In this document: positions 38,724 through 54,199 of the stretch, in pieces
Layout of the letters: every line of letters begins with the position of its first letter
Position numbering within the stretch: position 1 is the stretch's first letter
Assembly (NCBI GenBank): GCA_964016885.1
Contig: OZ024745.1
Coordinates: forward strand, 77,252,001 to 77,316,000
Reading direction: 5' to 3'
Length of the DNA: 64,000 bases
Origin: Eledone cirrhosa
Taxonomy: Eukaryota
Position numbers and translations under genes: made by a program
Notes under the pieces: model-generated
What the model was told of the DNA's origin: nothing
What the model saw: only the letters and a program-made list of their open reading frames with translations
Databases searched by the model: none

Positions 38724-39534
38724 ATATGTATTTATGTATATATAAATATATTTATATTTATATATATATATTTATATATATATATTTATATATATATATT
38801 TATATATATTTATATATATATATACATTTATATATATATATTTATATATATATATTTATATATATTTATTTATATATATATATTTATATATATATATTTA
38901 TATATATATATATTTATATAAGTTAAAAAAAGAAGAGTAACATGGTTGGCTGTACAATAAGGGCTTTATTTAAAGTACTGACAATTGTTTCGTTAATCAG
39001 GTGTGTCTAGAGTTCTCTAATCACTTGAGGTTGCGTCAATTGATCTCCAATACATTGTTTACCACGAACTCGCTGCATAACTATGGAAACATCTTGTTGA
39101 GTCAAACAAAGCCATACATTAAAACCATCCACGACGTGGAGTACTCTAACCCAATTACCTATAATGATAACTTGTATTATATATATATATTCATATATAT
39201 ATATTTATATATATATATTTCTATATATATATTTCTATATATATATTTATATATATATATATTTATATATATATATTCATATATATTTATATATATATAT
39301 ATTTATATTTATATATTTATATATATATATATATTTATATATTTATATATATATATATTTATATATTTATATATTTATATATATTTATATATTTATATAT
39401 TTATATATATTTATTTATATATATATATTTATATATTTATATATATATATATTTATATATTTATATATTTATATATATTTATATTTATATATTTATATAT
39501 ATTTATATTTATATATTTATATATATATATTTAC

Positions 39535-39566
<32 letters not shown>

Positions 39567-39758
39567 ATATTTATATATATTTATATATATATATATTTAT
39601 ATATATTTATATATATATATATATTTATATATATTTATATACATATATATTTATATATATATATTTATATATATATTTTTATATATATATATTTTTATAT
39701 ATATATATTTATATATATATATATATATTTTTTTTATATATATATATATATATATTTG

Positions 39759-39793
<35 letters not shown>

Positions 39794-39860
39794 ATTTATA
39801 TATATTTATATCAATATATATATATTTATATATATTTATATATATATTTATATATATTTA

Positions 39861-39914
<54 letters not shown>

Positions 39915-40175
39915 CATTTATTTATATATATGCATATTTATTTGTATATATATATATTTATATATATATTTATATATATATATATTTATATATATATATT
40001 TATATATATATTTATATATATATATTTTTTATTTATATAAAAATATATATATTTATATATATATATATTTATATATATATATATTTATATATATATATTT
40101 ATATATAGTTATATGTATATAAATATATATATTTATATATATATATATATTTCTATATATATTTATATATATATC

Positions 40176-40234
<59 letters not shown>

Positions 40235-40301
40235 ATATATATATTTATATATATATTCATATATATATATCTATATATATATATATATTTATATATATAT
40301 T

Positions 40302-40354
<53 letters not shown>

Positions 40355-40395
40355 ATATATTTATATTTATATATATATATATATATATATTTATT

Positions 40396-40426
<31 letters not shown>

Positions 40427-40645
40427 AATATTAAGGATGCTATTTATGGTTATATATATACTAAAACTTTTCATAGTTATAAATATTTTAAACCTTAAAC
40501 AGTGAATGTCAGTAATTTATTACTACCTCATTACCAGTAAGATAAATAGCTCAATGTAATAACGTCGGTTGTTCTACAATATAATATATAAATATATATA
40601 TATATTTATATATAATATAAATATATATATATTTATATATATATG

Positions 40646-41243
<598 letters not shown>

Positions 41244-41244
41244 A

Positions 41245-41275
<31 letters not shown>

Positions 41276-41292
41276 AATATATATATAAATAT

Positions 41293-41403
<111 letters not shown>

Positions 41404-42667
41404 TATATTTAGATATATTTATTTATATATATATATTTCATTTCTGAATTTGTTTAGCAAGATTCTTTATCTGAAAATGTGTGTTGAAACCGATATTTTT
41501 ATACTTTGGGAGGGTCATGTTGCCAATAAGAAACACATGCACCAATTGCTTTCACTTCAATTTATTATCAATTAAATTTATAAATTTAGGAAATTATAAA
41601 TTTCCCGTTGATTGATTGGTTCCACAACCAGACGATTGTTCATATATTGTCAATGTTCTTTCGTCACACATTCTGTGATCTATTCAGTGACTGGGGATTC
41701 TTTTCTTTGTTTTTGTACCTCTCCTTTTGTGCCTCTCCTTGTTCTAAATTCCTAAATTCCTAAATTCCTAAATTTAATTTATAACAAATTGAAGTGAAAG
41801 CAACTGGTGCGTGTGTTTCTTATTGGCAATATCACCCTCCCAAAGTATAACAATATATATGTATTTATGTATATATAAATATATTTATATTTATATATAT
41901 ATATTTATATATATATATTTATATATATATATTTATATATATTTATATATATATATACATTTATATATATATATTTATATATATATATTTATATATATTT
42001 ATTTATATATATATATTTATATATATATATTTATATATATATATATTTATATAAGTTAAAAAAAGAAGAGTAACATGGTTGGCTGTACAATAAGGGCTTT
42101 ATTTAAAGTACTGACAATTGTTTCGTTAATCAGGTGTGTCTAGAGTTCTCTAATCACTTGAGGTTGCGTCAATTGATCTCCAATACATTGTTTACCACGA
42201 ACTCGCTGCATAACTATGGAAACATCTTGTTGAGTCAAACAAAGCCATACATTAAAACCATCCACGACGTGGAGTACTCTAACCCAATTACCTATAATGA
42301 TAACTTGTATTATATATATATATTCATATATATATATTTATATATATATATTTCTATATATATATTTCTATATATATATTTATATATATATATATTTATA
42401 TATATATATTCATATATATTTATATATATATATATTTATATTTATATATTTATATATATATATATATTTATATATTTATATATATATATATTTATATATT
42501 TATATATTTATATATATTTATATATTTATATATTTATATATATTTATTTATATATATATATTTATATATTTATATATATATATATTTATATATTTATATA
42601 TTTATATATATTTATATTTATATATTTATATATATTTATATTTATATATTTATATATATATATTTAC

Positions 42668-42699
<32 letters not shown>

Positions 42700-42766
42700 A
42701 TATTTATATATATTTATATATATATATATTTATATATATTTATATATATATATTTATATATATATT

Positions 42767-42947
42767 TCCTTGGAAAACTTGAACCCTTGAAATATATATA
42801 ATAGAATAAATATGGTTTTATAAATATAGTTTCAATTTATTTAATATCATTGAATATTATACCCTAGAAAATCTGTTGAGTGCTCTGAATCAGTTATAAT
42901 CATTTATATTTGTTGAATTACCAACAAATTGAATATCCCTTCTGATT
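42767..42947 (+). mobile_element. Diverged 3' fragment of the 33534 family (hammerhead 3' half + tail)
   Basis: GAAA-TATATA-TA-ATAGAATAAATATGGTTTTATAAATATAGTTTC... is reverse-complement similar to 33534-33690. Confidence 0.7.
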
Positions 42948-45900
42948 ATATATATATATATATATGAACAACTACTACTTCCATTTACATGGAAATGGTA
43001 ATTGAGCAGAGGTGATATCAGATTTGGCCACAGATCATTGTTGAGCCTCGGAATTATAGTGTTGTTTAGTCCAAAGAGATTAGTGTTGAAAATGAACTAA
43101 ATAGAATCACATGAACACAGATAAGCATCAAAGTTATCAATGTTGTGTGCTCAAATGTTCTCAGGTGACATCATATTTGGCTGTACGAAATGTTCCTTCA
43201 ATTAACTACATCAATCTTGACTCTATAATATGAGTAGCTGATTGGTTGGCATTTGGTGACATGGTAGACTTCCTCAGCTCATCACAGGTGACTTTGTACA
43301 ATGACTGTGTGTTGATGCAGTCAACTGATTATAGTGATTAAAGTTGACAACATAAGTTTGATAATGGCATTATAGCTGACAATATTTTTAAACAATGTAT
43401 GTAATCAGATATCAAGTAGATACCTCAGAAATAACAGATTGATAAACGTGGTTAAAAGATATTCTAAAGTTGACTAAAATTTCCAAAAATAAATATTTAA
43501 GAATATAAATAATTTTTGTAACATTTATGAAATAATACATTTGATAATGTAATAATAATACTGAAGAGTCACTTTTAGCATAAAATATTATAATTATACA
43601 TGATTATTCATAAATTTATTTTTGAACTAATTTGCTAAAAATATGATTATTTTAATGTTAAATTCATCATTATGTTATCATATCAAAAGATTAATTTTTA
43701 ACATTTGATATAAAAATAATAAAATAACAAACAAAACAAAATAGAAACTTACATATACTAAAACAATCAAAATATAGAAACTTTAGAATTATTTGTTAAA
43801 ATATGTATATTTTACTTCAGAAATGATAGATTAAGAGTATGTATGAATTTGAATAATTACTAATATTTTGATTTCCCTTACCTTTATCTACAGTAAAAAA
43901 TGTATACTCATATTTATTAGAATGCTGTTGAAGTGTGTATATATACTTTTGGGGGACACCATGTATATATATTTACTAGCAGCTGAAAACTTGACTTGTG
44001 AGCTATACACAAGCTTTCTGTTATTGGGTTGGACTGATGAAATGTTATAGAATAGGTTATGCAGTATCTGCATGATATACATAACCGCTGTGGATAACAG
44101 ATGCAGCTGTAACTGTCTGATCAGTCTTTATTCACAGAAACTACTAACAGCCCAGGAATTTATTATATGCAATTATCATTACCCACATGCTGCTGTCTCC
44201 ATTATGATTAATATATATAGTGTGCACTCTGAGATATTGTTTTGTACATTCACACATTCAAATCTTGTATTTCATTGAGTGAGTAATGTTCTGACCAGAC
44301 CTATTTGAACTCTTCTTCGAATAACTTTGTATATATATGTGTGTGTGTGTATGTATATGATATTAACTTTTATAAGCTATCTTTAGCCTAGAATTAGGTT
44401 ACTAATGTCTAACAAACAGATATGCAAAATATATAATATTATGGAGAAAATTTAGTAAAACAATTAACTTTTTCCTAATAATTCTAATTCAGTTTGAAAT
44501 TATTTAAAACTAAAGATACTATAGCAGTGCAAACTTTTAAATATATATAACCTAAATAGTATTAATTTAGCTTATTATAAAAAATGAAGACAATTATATC
44601 GATGTATTTATTTACATATTTTTCTGCATTCAAATTTTTGGGGGTAGGAAACAAAAATGTATTTTTTCTTTTTGTTTACCTAACAGCTGCTATTCTTGTA
44701 TACTTGCCTAACAACCATTAGATACATTCTACTTACTTCAAATGATACAAACATATTATTTACTTATCCAGTTAAACTATAGAATTATTTATTATACATT
44801 GAAGTATAAAATTCTTAATTTTCTACTGGATATATTTGATTAACTCAAACAATTCAATAACTAGAGCCATTCACTCCTTCACAATTCGTTTTCCTAACAT
44901 TTGTTTGTTTTATTTATCAATTTTATTTGTTATATTTTTCCCTTTTCTCAGAATTATTTGATCATTTCTCAGTAACTTTTTTTTTTCTATGTTGACCAAA
45001 TTTGACACGTCCGTACTTATTGATCATCTTCCATTATTATTAAACAAAACAAAACAAAATCCACAAAAATAACCAAAAAAAAAATTAAATCAAATAAAAA
45101 AAAGGCATCAATAATTTTTTTAAAGTATTAAAGCAAACTGATATTTATTTATTTCCTTGAAACAAGAATTAAATTGAATTAAATTAAGTTAAATACTTCT
45201 GTCTCAAAACATTAGACAACAATCTGGCCGATGCTAACTATAAACCACCAGTCCGGTTTAAGCAGCAACAGTTAGATGCCGGTAATAACAATGGTTCCAC
45301 TGCTCACTAGAAAACAATTACACTTTAACAGGTGATTCATTCTTTCATTAATTCATTTATTTATTATTTATTTGTTTATTCAATTGGACATTATGATGTT
45401 CTGTACAATTGCCATGACTACTTCATTATTACAGTTATTATTATGACAAATAATATTATTGATGTTACTGCTGTTTTTCATTAAATCTATACAGGAGAGG
45501 GTAAAAATTATTTTCAAACCCTCAATTGAAACATTGATTCATTGATCAGCATGTTATTTTTTTAATTTTTTTTTTTAAGAATTATGTTTCTAGCATCTTG
45601 CTTCAATACCAGTTAACAACAATGATTACCAAGGTAACATCAGGATCAATTTATTTACCTAAGTTACACACCATTAATATTCTGTTATATCATCATCCTC
45701 ATTTAATGTTTGTATATGTATTACATATACAATCAATCAGCTTCATTTTTCACCTGCTTTTCAATGCAGATGTTACAATCTGATGGGCTGTTATAATCTG
45801 ACTCAGCTCTTCTTCCGAGTTACTGCTCTTCTAGAGGAGCCAAAAGATCATGTCACCCTTACATGTTCCATTTTTGGCATAGTATCTATGGTTGGATGCT

Positions 45901-46402
45901 CTTCCTTACCTCAACCACTTTTCATATTGTACTGGGTGCATTTATCATGTCACCACCACTAATAAGGCTGCTTGGAATCTTGCAAGAGAAAAGAGTATTT
46001 ACTACTCAACATTGTCTTTATTCGTTGAAAACAACTTGATCACAAGGATGAATGAATGAAAAAGCTATGTTAAATGAAGAACCAGAGTAGATGGATGAAA
46101 GAATCAAAAATATCATGGGAGAAACAGAGTGATTGGAATGAGTAGGCAGCAGAGAGGGGATTTGAATTCAGACAGGTCTAAAGACACCACTCATTACATG
46201 AGTGACATGGTACAAAGAATAAGAGAATAGGTGAGTATCAGATATATATATGTATATAGAGAGGTGAGAGATAATGTATAAAATAATCAACCACATTTCA
46301 GTGTGGACTGGGTCTCCTTTATTAAGCCATGAGCACCAAAGAGGCTATCTGTCAGGACTTAGGTTAATGCTCTCTTAGCCGGGTTGACTACACTACAGCT
46401 TA

Positions 46403-47103
46403 TCTCCTTCTGTGATGAAAAGGGTCACGGACATCCAATAAATACAAGCCTGGTCCTCTATAACTCTTATCTTGGCAAATTTCAGTAGACCTGTTCTTAA
46501 ATATATTCTACTGGTTGTTACAAAATAGCTGTTTTATAATTAGTCTTTTTTGTTTTTTATAACTTTGGGACAGATGGGTGCTCTTTGAGTTGTAGCGAAA
46601 GCAGCCTATCTGGGAGAGCAGTAACTCCAAATAAATAGATGCATGTTGGGCAATACCTCTAGAAAAGAAGTTGTTCTATATAAAAACTGCATGGAGGAGA
46701 TATCTCTGTTTATTTGGAGTTACTGCTCTCCTAGATAGGCTGTTTTCGCTACAACTTGAATAGTTATATATATATATAAAAATACACTAATTATATAATT
46801 ATTTCTACTTTTGGCACAAGGCCGACAATTATCCTAGTGCATTACTGGTACTTTATTTTATTGACCTCATAAGGATGAAAGGCAAAGTTAACCTCGGCGG
46901 GATTTGAACTCAGACCATAAAGGGCTGTAACTCTTTGCTGCAACGTATGGCATCCGACCCTCTACCGATACTGCCAATCCGCCATAAATACACTAATTAT
47001 ATAATAATAACTATTTTGCAACAACCAGTAGAATATATTTAAGAACGGGTCTACTGAAATTTGCCAAGATAAGAGTTATAGAGGACCCCTTTTATCACAG
47101 GAG
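46403..47103. mobile_element. Long-TIR MITE/foldback interrupted by a SINE
   Basis: 46452-46545 pairs with 46993-47086; 46585-46638 pairs with 46706-46758; outer ends ctcct..tgtgatgaaaaggg / cccttttatcacaggag. Confidence 0.75.
46800..46985 (-). mobile_element. Family-1 SINE with 20-bp TSD
   Basis: TSD aaatacactaattatataat at 46780-46799 and 46986-47005; ggatttgaactc B-box. Confidence 0.88.
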
Positions 47104-47336
47104 ACTTCAAAGAAAAAAGATCTTATAAGAGAAGGCATTGAGGTGGTAACCAGTCAGAGCATGCAAGTGAGGACATAAAATAGATGATGATTATGATGAT
47201 GATATACATATAGTAATAATAAATAAAAGGACAACATCCAAATAGGAGTTGTTAAAAGTTGTGTATATATATATATGAGTGTGTGTATGTATATGGAATA
47301 ATATATATATATATATGAGAGAGAGAAAGAGAGATT

Positions 47337-47417
<81 letters not shown>

Positions 47418-48649
47418 AATAATATATATAAGGCAATATTTATTATTACTACAGATTAAAAGTCTAAGCAAACAATTTATGTCTTCACCCATATAGATGA
47501 CCAGAAATTGTTTGCTTAAATTATAAATCTGTACTAATAATAAATATATACGTAATATTTGCATAACAACATTACAGGCTGTGACATTGCTTACATTCAA
47601 GATGAACAGAGATCCACTGATCAGTGTTTAGATTTGCAAAGATTTGTACCTTCCTTACATGTGAGCGCTGACATCAGAAAGGGTATCTGACCACAGATTC
47701 AGCCTCAAAACCTCCTGTCCAACTCATGATGGCATGAAGAACCCTTCAGCTGTGTCAAAGACATGACAACCTCCCCTGTGCACTCGATAGAACATAAGAC
47801 CATACATAAGTAAGATGCTGACCCCATCACCACCCCAGCTTGGTTTGGAAGTCAGTAGCCATGCTTCAGTACTGACTTAGTCTATATTGACCCACCCAAC
47901 TCTTGCTAGCAGGGAAAGCGGTCATTAAATGACAATGAGTATATATATATATATATATATATATATTACCCCCAACCCATCCTACCATTCCTCCCCCTAG
48001 AGGTAGAGAGGGCTCATCAGTTGAGTAAATGACCAACAACCCACGAGTGAAGCGACTGGTGCACCATGTAGGGCGGTTGGTGACAGGTGGATCATCCTGC
48101 AATAGAAAGCCTACCAACGAGTCAGGAAGATTCTTCAGCTGTGCCAAAATCATGATGACCTCCCTAGTGTTGGTGATTTATACAACAAGCATATCCAGTA
48201 CACTCTGTAAATCGAGGGTATCCAGCTGAAGAAAACTTGACAAACAAAGGGTCAGGAGAATTCTTCAACTAACCTCCCTAATGTTAGTAATTAACACAAT
48301 AAATGCACTCAGTACACATTGTAAAGTAGTTGGTGATATGAAGGGCATCCAGTCATAGCAAACAAAGGATTGGGAGGACTCATTAGCTGTGTCTATCTCC
48401 CTTGTACTGGTGTCACAATAAAATGCACTCAGTAGTGTAAAAGTTCATAAGTGAATCTTGCGGGCAACTGACCCATCTGAGCACTTGGTTGGGTACATAA
48501 ACGTAAGCAGGATGCAGGCTTCTGGCCCACTGTAAAAACAGTATCTCCAATCTGAGTATCAACCCGGTCTGTTGATGACCCGTCCAACCCTTGTTAACAG
48601 AGAAAGCACATTTTGACGGAGATATGGCAACTACCACCACTGAAAGATT

Positions 48650-50200
48650 CAACCTCTAGTCAACCAAGTACCCACCCTAAGTTAAAGATTTATTGAACTT
48701 CGAAGTGGACCTCTTAGATTTAATAGCTCTCATAAAGTTCCATAAGTTCTATAGTTCCTTTCAAAAAAAACCCTCATAAAAGATATTAAGAAATTTAGAT
48801 TGTTGAATAGTATTTTTGTTTTCTCTGACAAGACTAACAATCTATGTAAGGTAAATAGAGATAGATATGATCAACTTGTGCTAAGCAATATAACTTGCAA
48901 CTACCAGAAAGCCAAACCTGACACATACAGTGAGGCCAAAGAACTAGCTAGAAGCTTTAAAATTGACAACAGACTAGAAAGATCAGCTAAGCATAATACT
49001 TTTATTACCCTAAAGGATCACAAATCAGATTTTACAAACAGGCCATCCTGCAGGCTAATAAACCCAGCAAGTTAGGGCTAGCCAGTAAGAAAATTTTAGA
49101 AATCAACACACGTATCATGAACAACACAAACCTGTTCTTCTGGAACAATACTACACTGGTTATATCCTGGTTCAAAGACATCTCGTCTAAGAACAGAGCT
49201 AAATTCACCCAGTTCAATATAACCGATTTTTACCCCTCTATTACTAAACCACTACTAGACAAAGCCTTAGACTTTGCCCATACCTTCGGAACTATCAGTG
49301 ACCAAGCACTTTACCTGATTTACCACACATGAAGACCACTTCTATTCAACAACAGCACCGCTTGGGTAAAAAAATCTGACCCAGAAGATTCATTCAACGT
49401 CTCAATGGGATCATACGATAGTGCAGATATATGTAATCTTGTTGGATTATACATACTCCACATACTTAATCATAAATTCCCAAACTACAACATCAGTCTA
49501 TACCATGAAGATGATTTTTCTTTGGCCCACAACTTCAGCGGCCACGATATGGACAGTTTCAGTAAAGATCTAATAGGCACCTTTAACACCCTAGGTCTCA
49601 AAATCACATTTGACATGAACCTCACTATCAACCTGGACCTATCAACAGGTACACATAAACCCTATCATAAACCGAATGAGAGGCGAAGATACCTCAACAG
49701 AGGATCCTGCCAGCCACATACAGTTTTATAAAATCTGGTGCCAAACATTAATCGTAGAATCTCGAACTTATCATCCAGTAGAGAAATATTTGAAAAGACA
49801 GCACCATACTATAACAAGGCCCTGTTATTGATAAGCACTTTACCCCATAACATAGATACAGTAAAATCTTCAATTGGCATTAAGTGAGAGTACCCTATTC
49901 TTGCGTGCCATCCATGAGATCCAAAATGACTGAAAAAAAAAAAAAAACAGAAAAGGATCCGGGATGCTCTTGCAGAAAGAATGACAAATGTCTTTTACAA
50001 CAAAACTGTAATGTTAAGTCCATAATATATAAATGCCAACAAGCAAGAGATTCGTGAAAAATATTTAAGCATGGTCCAGGACAAATTTAAGCAAAGGTTC
50101 TGCTTGCACCTCTCTTCATTTAGGCATCTCAACATGAAAACCACCACAGCGCTGGCAACTAAAGGAAAAATGAATAGTGCATGACATACATGGAAAGAAG
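48650..50200 (+). pseudogene. Degenerate Naiad-type PLE RT and GIY-YIG remnant
   Basis: SDKTNNL, FITLKDHKSDFTNRPSCRLINPA, QFNITDFYPSITKPLLDKAL, MGSYDSADICNLVGLYIL, KFKQRFCLHLSSFRH. Confidence 0.85.
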
Positions 50201-50488
50201 TGTAAAAATCCATGCTATACAAAAATGGAAGGAAGAGATGCCAGGAAGCATTGTCTCAGTGAGAAATTTAGGATCCTGCAATGTTTATACTCACTGGAAA
50301 CATACCTAAACTTTAAAACAGAAGTCTTTAGACACTGTTTGCAGCAGAAGGCCCACCTTTTATCCAAATGGAGGCCCACACCACAAGATTTCCTCTCACC
50401 AGACCTCTTGTTAACTTTCAATGAACATGTCACAAGCACACTAAATAATAGTCCGTTGAAAGAGGGTGTAGTATTATAACATTACATT

Positions 50489-50887
50489 GCACATGGCTTA
50501 GTGGTTAGAGCATTGGGCTTGCAATCGAAAGGTTGTGAGTTCAATTCTCGGACTGGGTGATGCGTTGTTTCCTTGAGCAAGACACTTTATTTCACATTGC
50601 TCCAGTTTACTCAGCTGTAGACATGAGATGATAGGACTGGGGTTCCTATCATTCCACTACAAAGTGGTGGTGGAGGTGCCACGGCAAAAAAGCACCCAGT
50701 ACTCACTGTAAATGAGGTTGGTGTTAGGAACAGCATCCAGCTGTAGAAATCAAGCTAGAATCAGTTCCCGTATGAGCAAGACAAGGTCAGCCGACCGGAC
50801 ACTGCCCACAACAGGACAACCCGTCTAACCCATGCTAGCGTTGAAGAACGGACGTAAAACGGTGATGATGATGATGATGATGATGAT
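50489..50887 (+). mobile_element. tRNA-derived SINE (family 2) with CORE-like segment and RTE-derived 3' tail
   Basis: TGGCTTAGTGGTTAGAGC / GAGTTCAATTC boxes; ccttgagcaagacacttt; 3' part matches the RTE 3' UTR 53460-53727. Confidence 0.85.
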
Positions 50888-51413
50888 TGCAACCTAACGA
50901 TCACACATACAATCAACTTTTTACATTTCAGAATTTAACCACTGAGGAATTATTAGAAGAGGCATAAATATTTTTTATATTTTTAATATTTTTGATATTT
51001 TAAATATTTTAAATATTTTGTCTTAATTATTTTAAATGTTTGCAATATTTACATCCCAAAAGGTTACCTCCCTTGATTCCCCAAAAGTAAACATTCTCCC
51101 ATTAGTATCGAGCTCACTCAAAAGGGTTAAAGGTTTTAGTTAATTAACACACAACTCATATTACACATTACACACAGACTGACAGTTCAAAACACTCCTG
51201 AATTACCTCCCTTGTTTCCCATTGAACTTCTTTTCTATTTAGAACCAAATATAGGGGAATAAAGGAATTTCCATTTTCGTATTTTGGGGGCCAGGGTGGA
51301 AGAGCCTCCTCCACTATACAGTGGTGGCCATAACTGATCCCCAAAACCAATTGTCACACATACATGTTAAGTGTGTGAAACTTTATTTATACTACATATA
51401 TTTATAGATATAT

Positions 51414-51472
<59 letters not shown>

Positions 51473-52364
51473 CATCATAATCATCACCATATAATATCTA
51501 TTTTCCATGCTTGCATAGGTTAAAAAGTTTGCCATATATTAAGGCTAAATTAGTCAGGTGACTACATCCTGCTTGTATGCTCCATTTTTACCTTGATTTC
51601 TATGGTTGGGTGTCCTTCATATAGTTAACCAGGTTACAGAATGTACTGGGTACATTTTTATTGTAACTCCACCTTACAGGGTTCACTGGGAACTTTGCGT
51701 TGTGACACCAGCATTACTACTTTACAGAAGGGGCTGGCTGCATTTTATTTTGACACTATCATCCCCTCATTAGAACACTAGGGTGCTCAGTATCTTTGGT
51801 CAGGCTGGGGAGGCATTAATGGGAGGATGTGTGTAAATGAGAGATATCAGGTCATTTGGTAGTTGCCTGAGGCGAGTACTGACATCCCATTGTGGATGAG
51901 GAAGTGCTGGGTCATGTGAGGGGCTTTGAAGAATGTGGATGGTTTCTGACATTTTATGGTATGTGCCTGACTTTCCATATTCGCCAAAATTAGAAGAGTA
52001 TAAGCTGTAGGTTTGGTGGGGAATGAGACATGTATCCATGGGAAAGGAAGTGCCAGATCATGAGGATAGTTTTGAAGCAAGTGAGTGGTGTCTGACATGT
52101 TGTGCAGTGTGCCTAACTTTCTGAGTCACATACATGGCTGTTTAGTTAAGAAGTTTTGGGTGCATCCCAGCGTGAAGCAACAAATAGGTTGTGAGTGAAT
52201 AATTTGATAGACAGAAACTGTCAGAAAGCTTGTCAAATATATATATATATATATATAGTAATAATAATAAATTTGAAGACTAAAATCCAAAGAGGGCTCG
52301 ATAAGAAGATCCCATTAAGGGTGAAAGCAGCGATTCTTTGCTTAAACTTTAATCTGTTATTTTA

Positions 52365-52408
<44 letters not shown>

Positions 52409-52454
52409 CAAATTAGGACGGGAACAAAACAGAGAGGCAGACATATATATATAT

Positions 52455-53727
52455 ACTCCTGTATGCAGATGACCTCGCACTTATAGCTGAATCTATGGTA
52501 GAACTAGAGAAGAAATTCCAAACTTGGAAGCAGGGACTAGAAAGAAAGGGTCTCAAAGTCAACATGACAAAGACTAAGGTCCTTGTAAGTAAGCAAGAAA
52601 ACAGAACCCAGATCCCCTCAGGGAAATGGCCTTGCTCAGTATGTAGGAAAGGTGTAGGTAGGAACTCCATTCTCTGCCCCAAATGCAAACAATGGGTACA
52701 CAAGAGATGTAGCGGGATCTCAGGAAGCTTAATTAGGAATGTAGGCTTCACATGCAGCAGCTGTGCTGGGACAGCAAGCAGCAAACAGCCACAGGAAACA
52801 AATACCACCAATCTCTGGGAGGGCTCTGTAGAAACAGTAGACAGTTTCTGCTACCTAGGTGACCGAATTAGAAGTGGAGGTGGGTGTTCAGAAAGTACAA
52901 TAACTAGGGTAAGAACGGGATGGAAGAAGTTTAGGGAACTACTACCACTGCTAGCTGCAAACGGCTTCTCCCTCAAAATGAAAGGCAGACTGTATGATGC
53001 GTGTATCCGAACAGCGATGTTGCATGGTAGTGAGACCTGGGCGCTGAAGGTGGAAGACTTACATAGATTAGAGAGAAACGAAGCCTGCATGCTCCGATGG
53101 ATATGTAATAGTAATATACACGAACGACAAAGCATAAATGAATTGAGAGAGAGACTGAGCATAAGAGGAATCAAATGCTGTGTGCAGGAGAGGCAGTTGC
53201 ATTGGTATGGACATGTGATGCGTATGAAGGATGACAGCTGCATAAAAAGGTGTAGAGCACTAGAAGTCGATTGAAACCGCAGAGTGGGGAGACCCAAGAA
53301 GACCTTGGATGAGGTGATAAGAACTGACCTTACCCAATTACACCTCTCAAAGGCGATGACACACGACCGTGACCTCTGGCGTCACGCAGTAATACAGAGT
53401 ACCCGACCTCCCATGGGTACAAGCTGAAGCATATAGACAATATGCCCCCCCCCCCACTGCAAGTGGTCGTGGAGGTGCCACGGCAAAAAAGCACCCAGCC
53501 CACACTGTAAAGTGGACGTGTAGGCGCCACGAAAAAGCACCCAGCATTCACTGTAAATGAGGTTGGTTAGGAAGGGCATCCAGCTGTAGAAATCAAGCCA
53601 GAATCAGTTCCTGTATGAGCAAGGCATGGTCAGCCGACCAGACACTGCCCACAACAGGACAACCCGTCTAACCCATGCTAGCATGGAAGAACGGACGTAA
53701 AACGGTGATGATGATGATGATGATGAT
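52455..53727 (+). mobile_element. 5'-truncated RTE LINE inserted in (TA)n
   Basis: LYADD...PHD-like finger...WYGHVMR, premature TGA at 53272, 3' UTR and (GAT)n. Same subfamily as the 14657 copy. Confidence 0.92.
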
Positions 53728-53894
53728 ATATATATATATACATATATGGTTATATATGTGGTGTATACACACACAAACAACCATCCATTCATAGATACAT
53801 GTATTCATATATATATATATATATAGATACACACACACACACATATATATATATATATGTATGTATGTATGTATATATATATATATATATGTAT

Positions 53895-54142
53895 ATAGGA
53901 AAAAAAGTTGAAAATACAATTGGAGCCTTTAAGACGGTTTATTTACAATAACTTATAACATCACTGGTTTTACAAATTTCATGATTGTCATGAGATTGAG
54001 AGATATGTGGCTATACCAACTTGTAACTCGCATGAGTTACGGTAAATAAACCTTCTTAAAGACTCCAATTGCATTTTCAACTTCTTTTTCCTATATTTTT
54101 ACCCATGTATACAATATAATAAAAAAAAGCTTACTTTCAAAA
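53895..54142 (+). mobile_element. Small TA-flanked foldback with ~60-bp arms and right-hand tail
   Basis: ataggaaaaaaagttgaaaatacaattggag...tttattta pairs with taaataaacc...ctccaattgcattttcaacttctttttcctat. Confidence 0.65.
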
Positions 54143-54164
54143 ATATATATATATATATATATAT

Positions 54165-54199
<35 letters not shown>

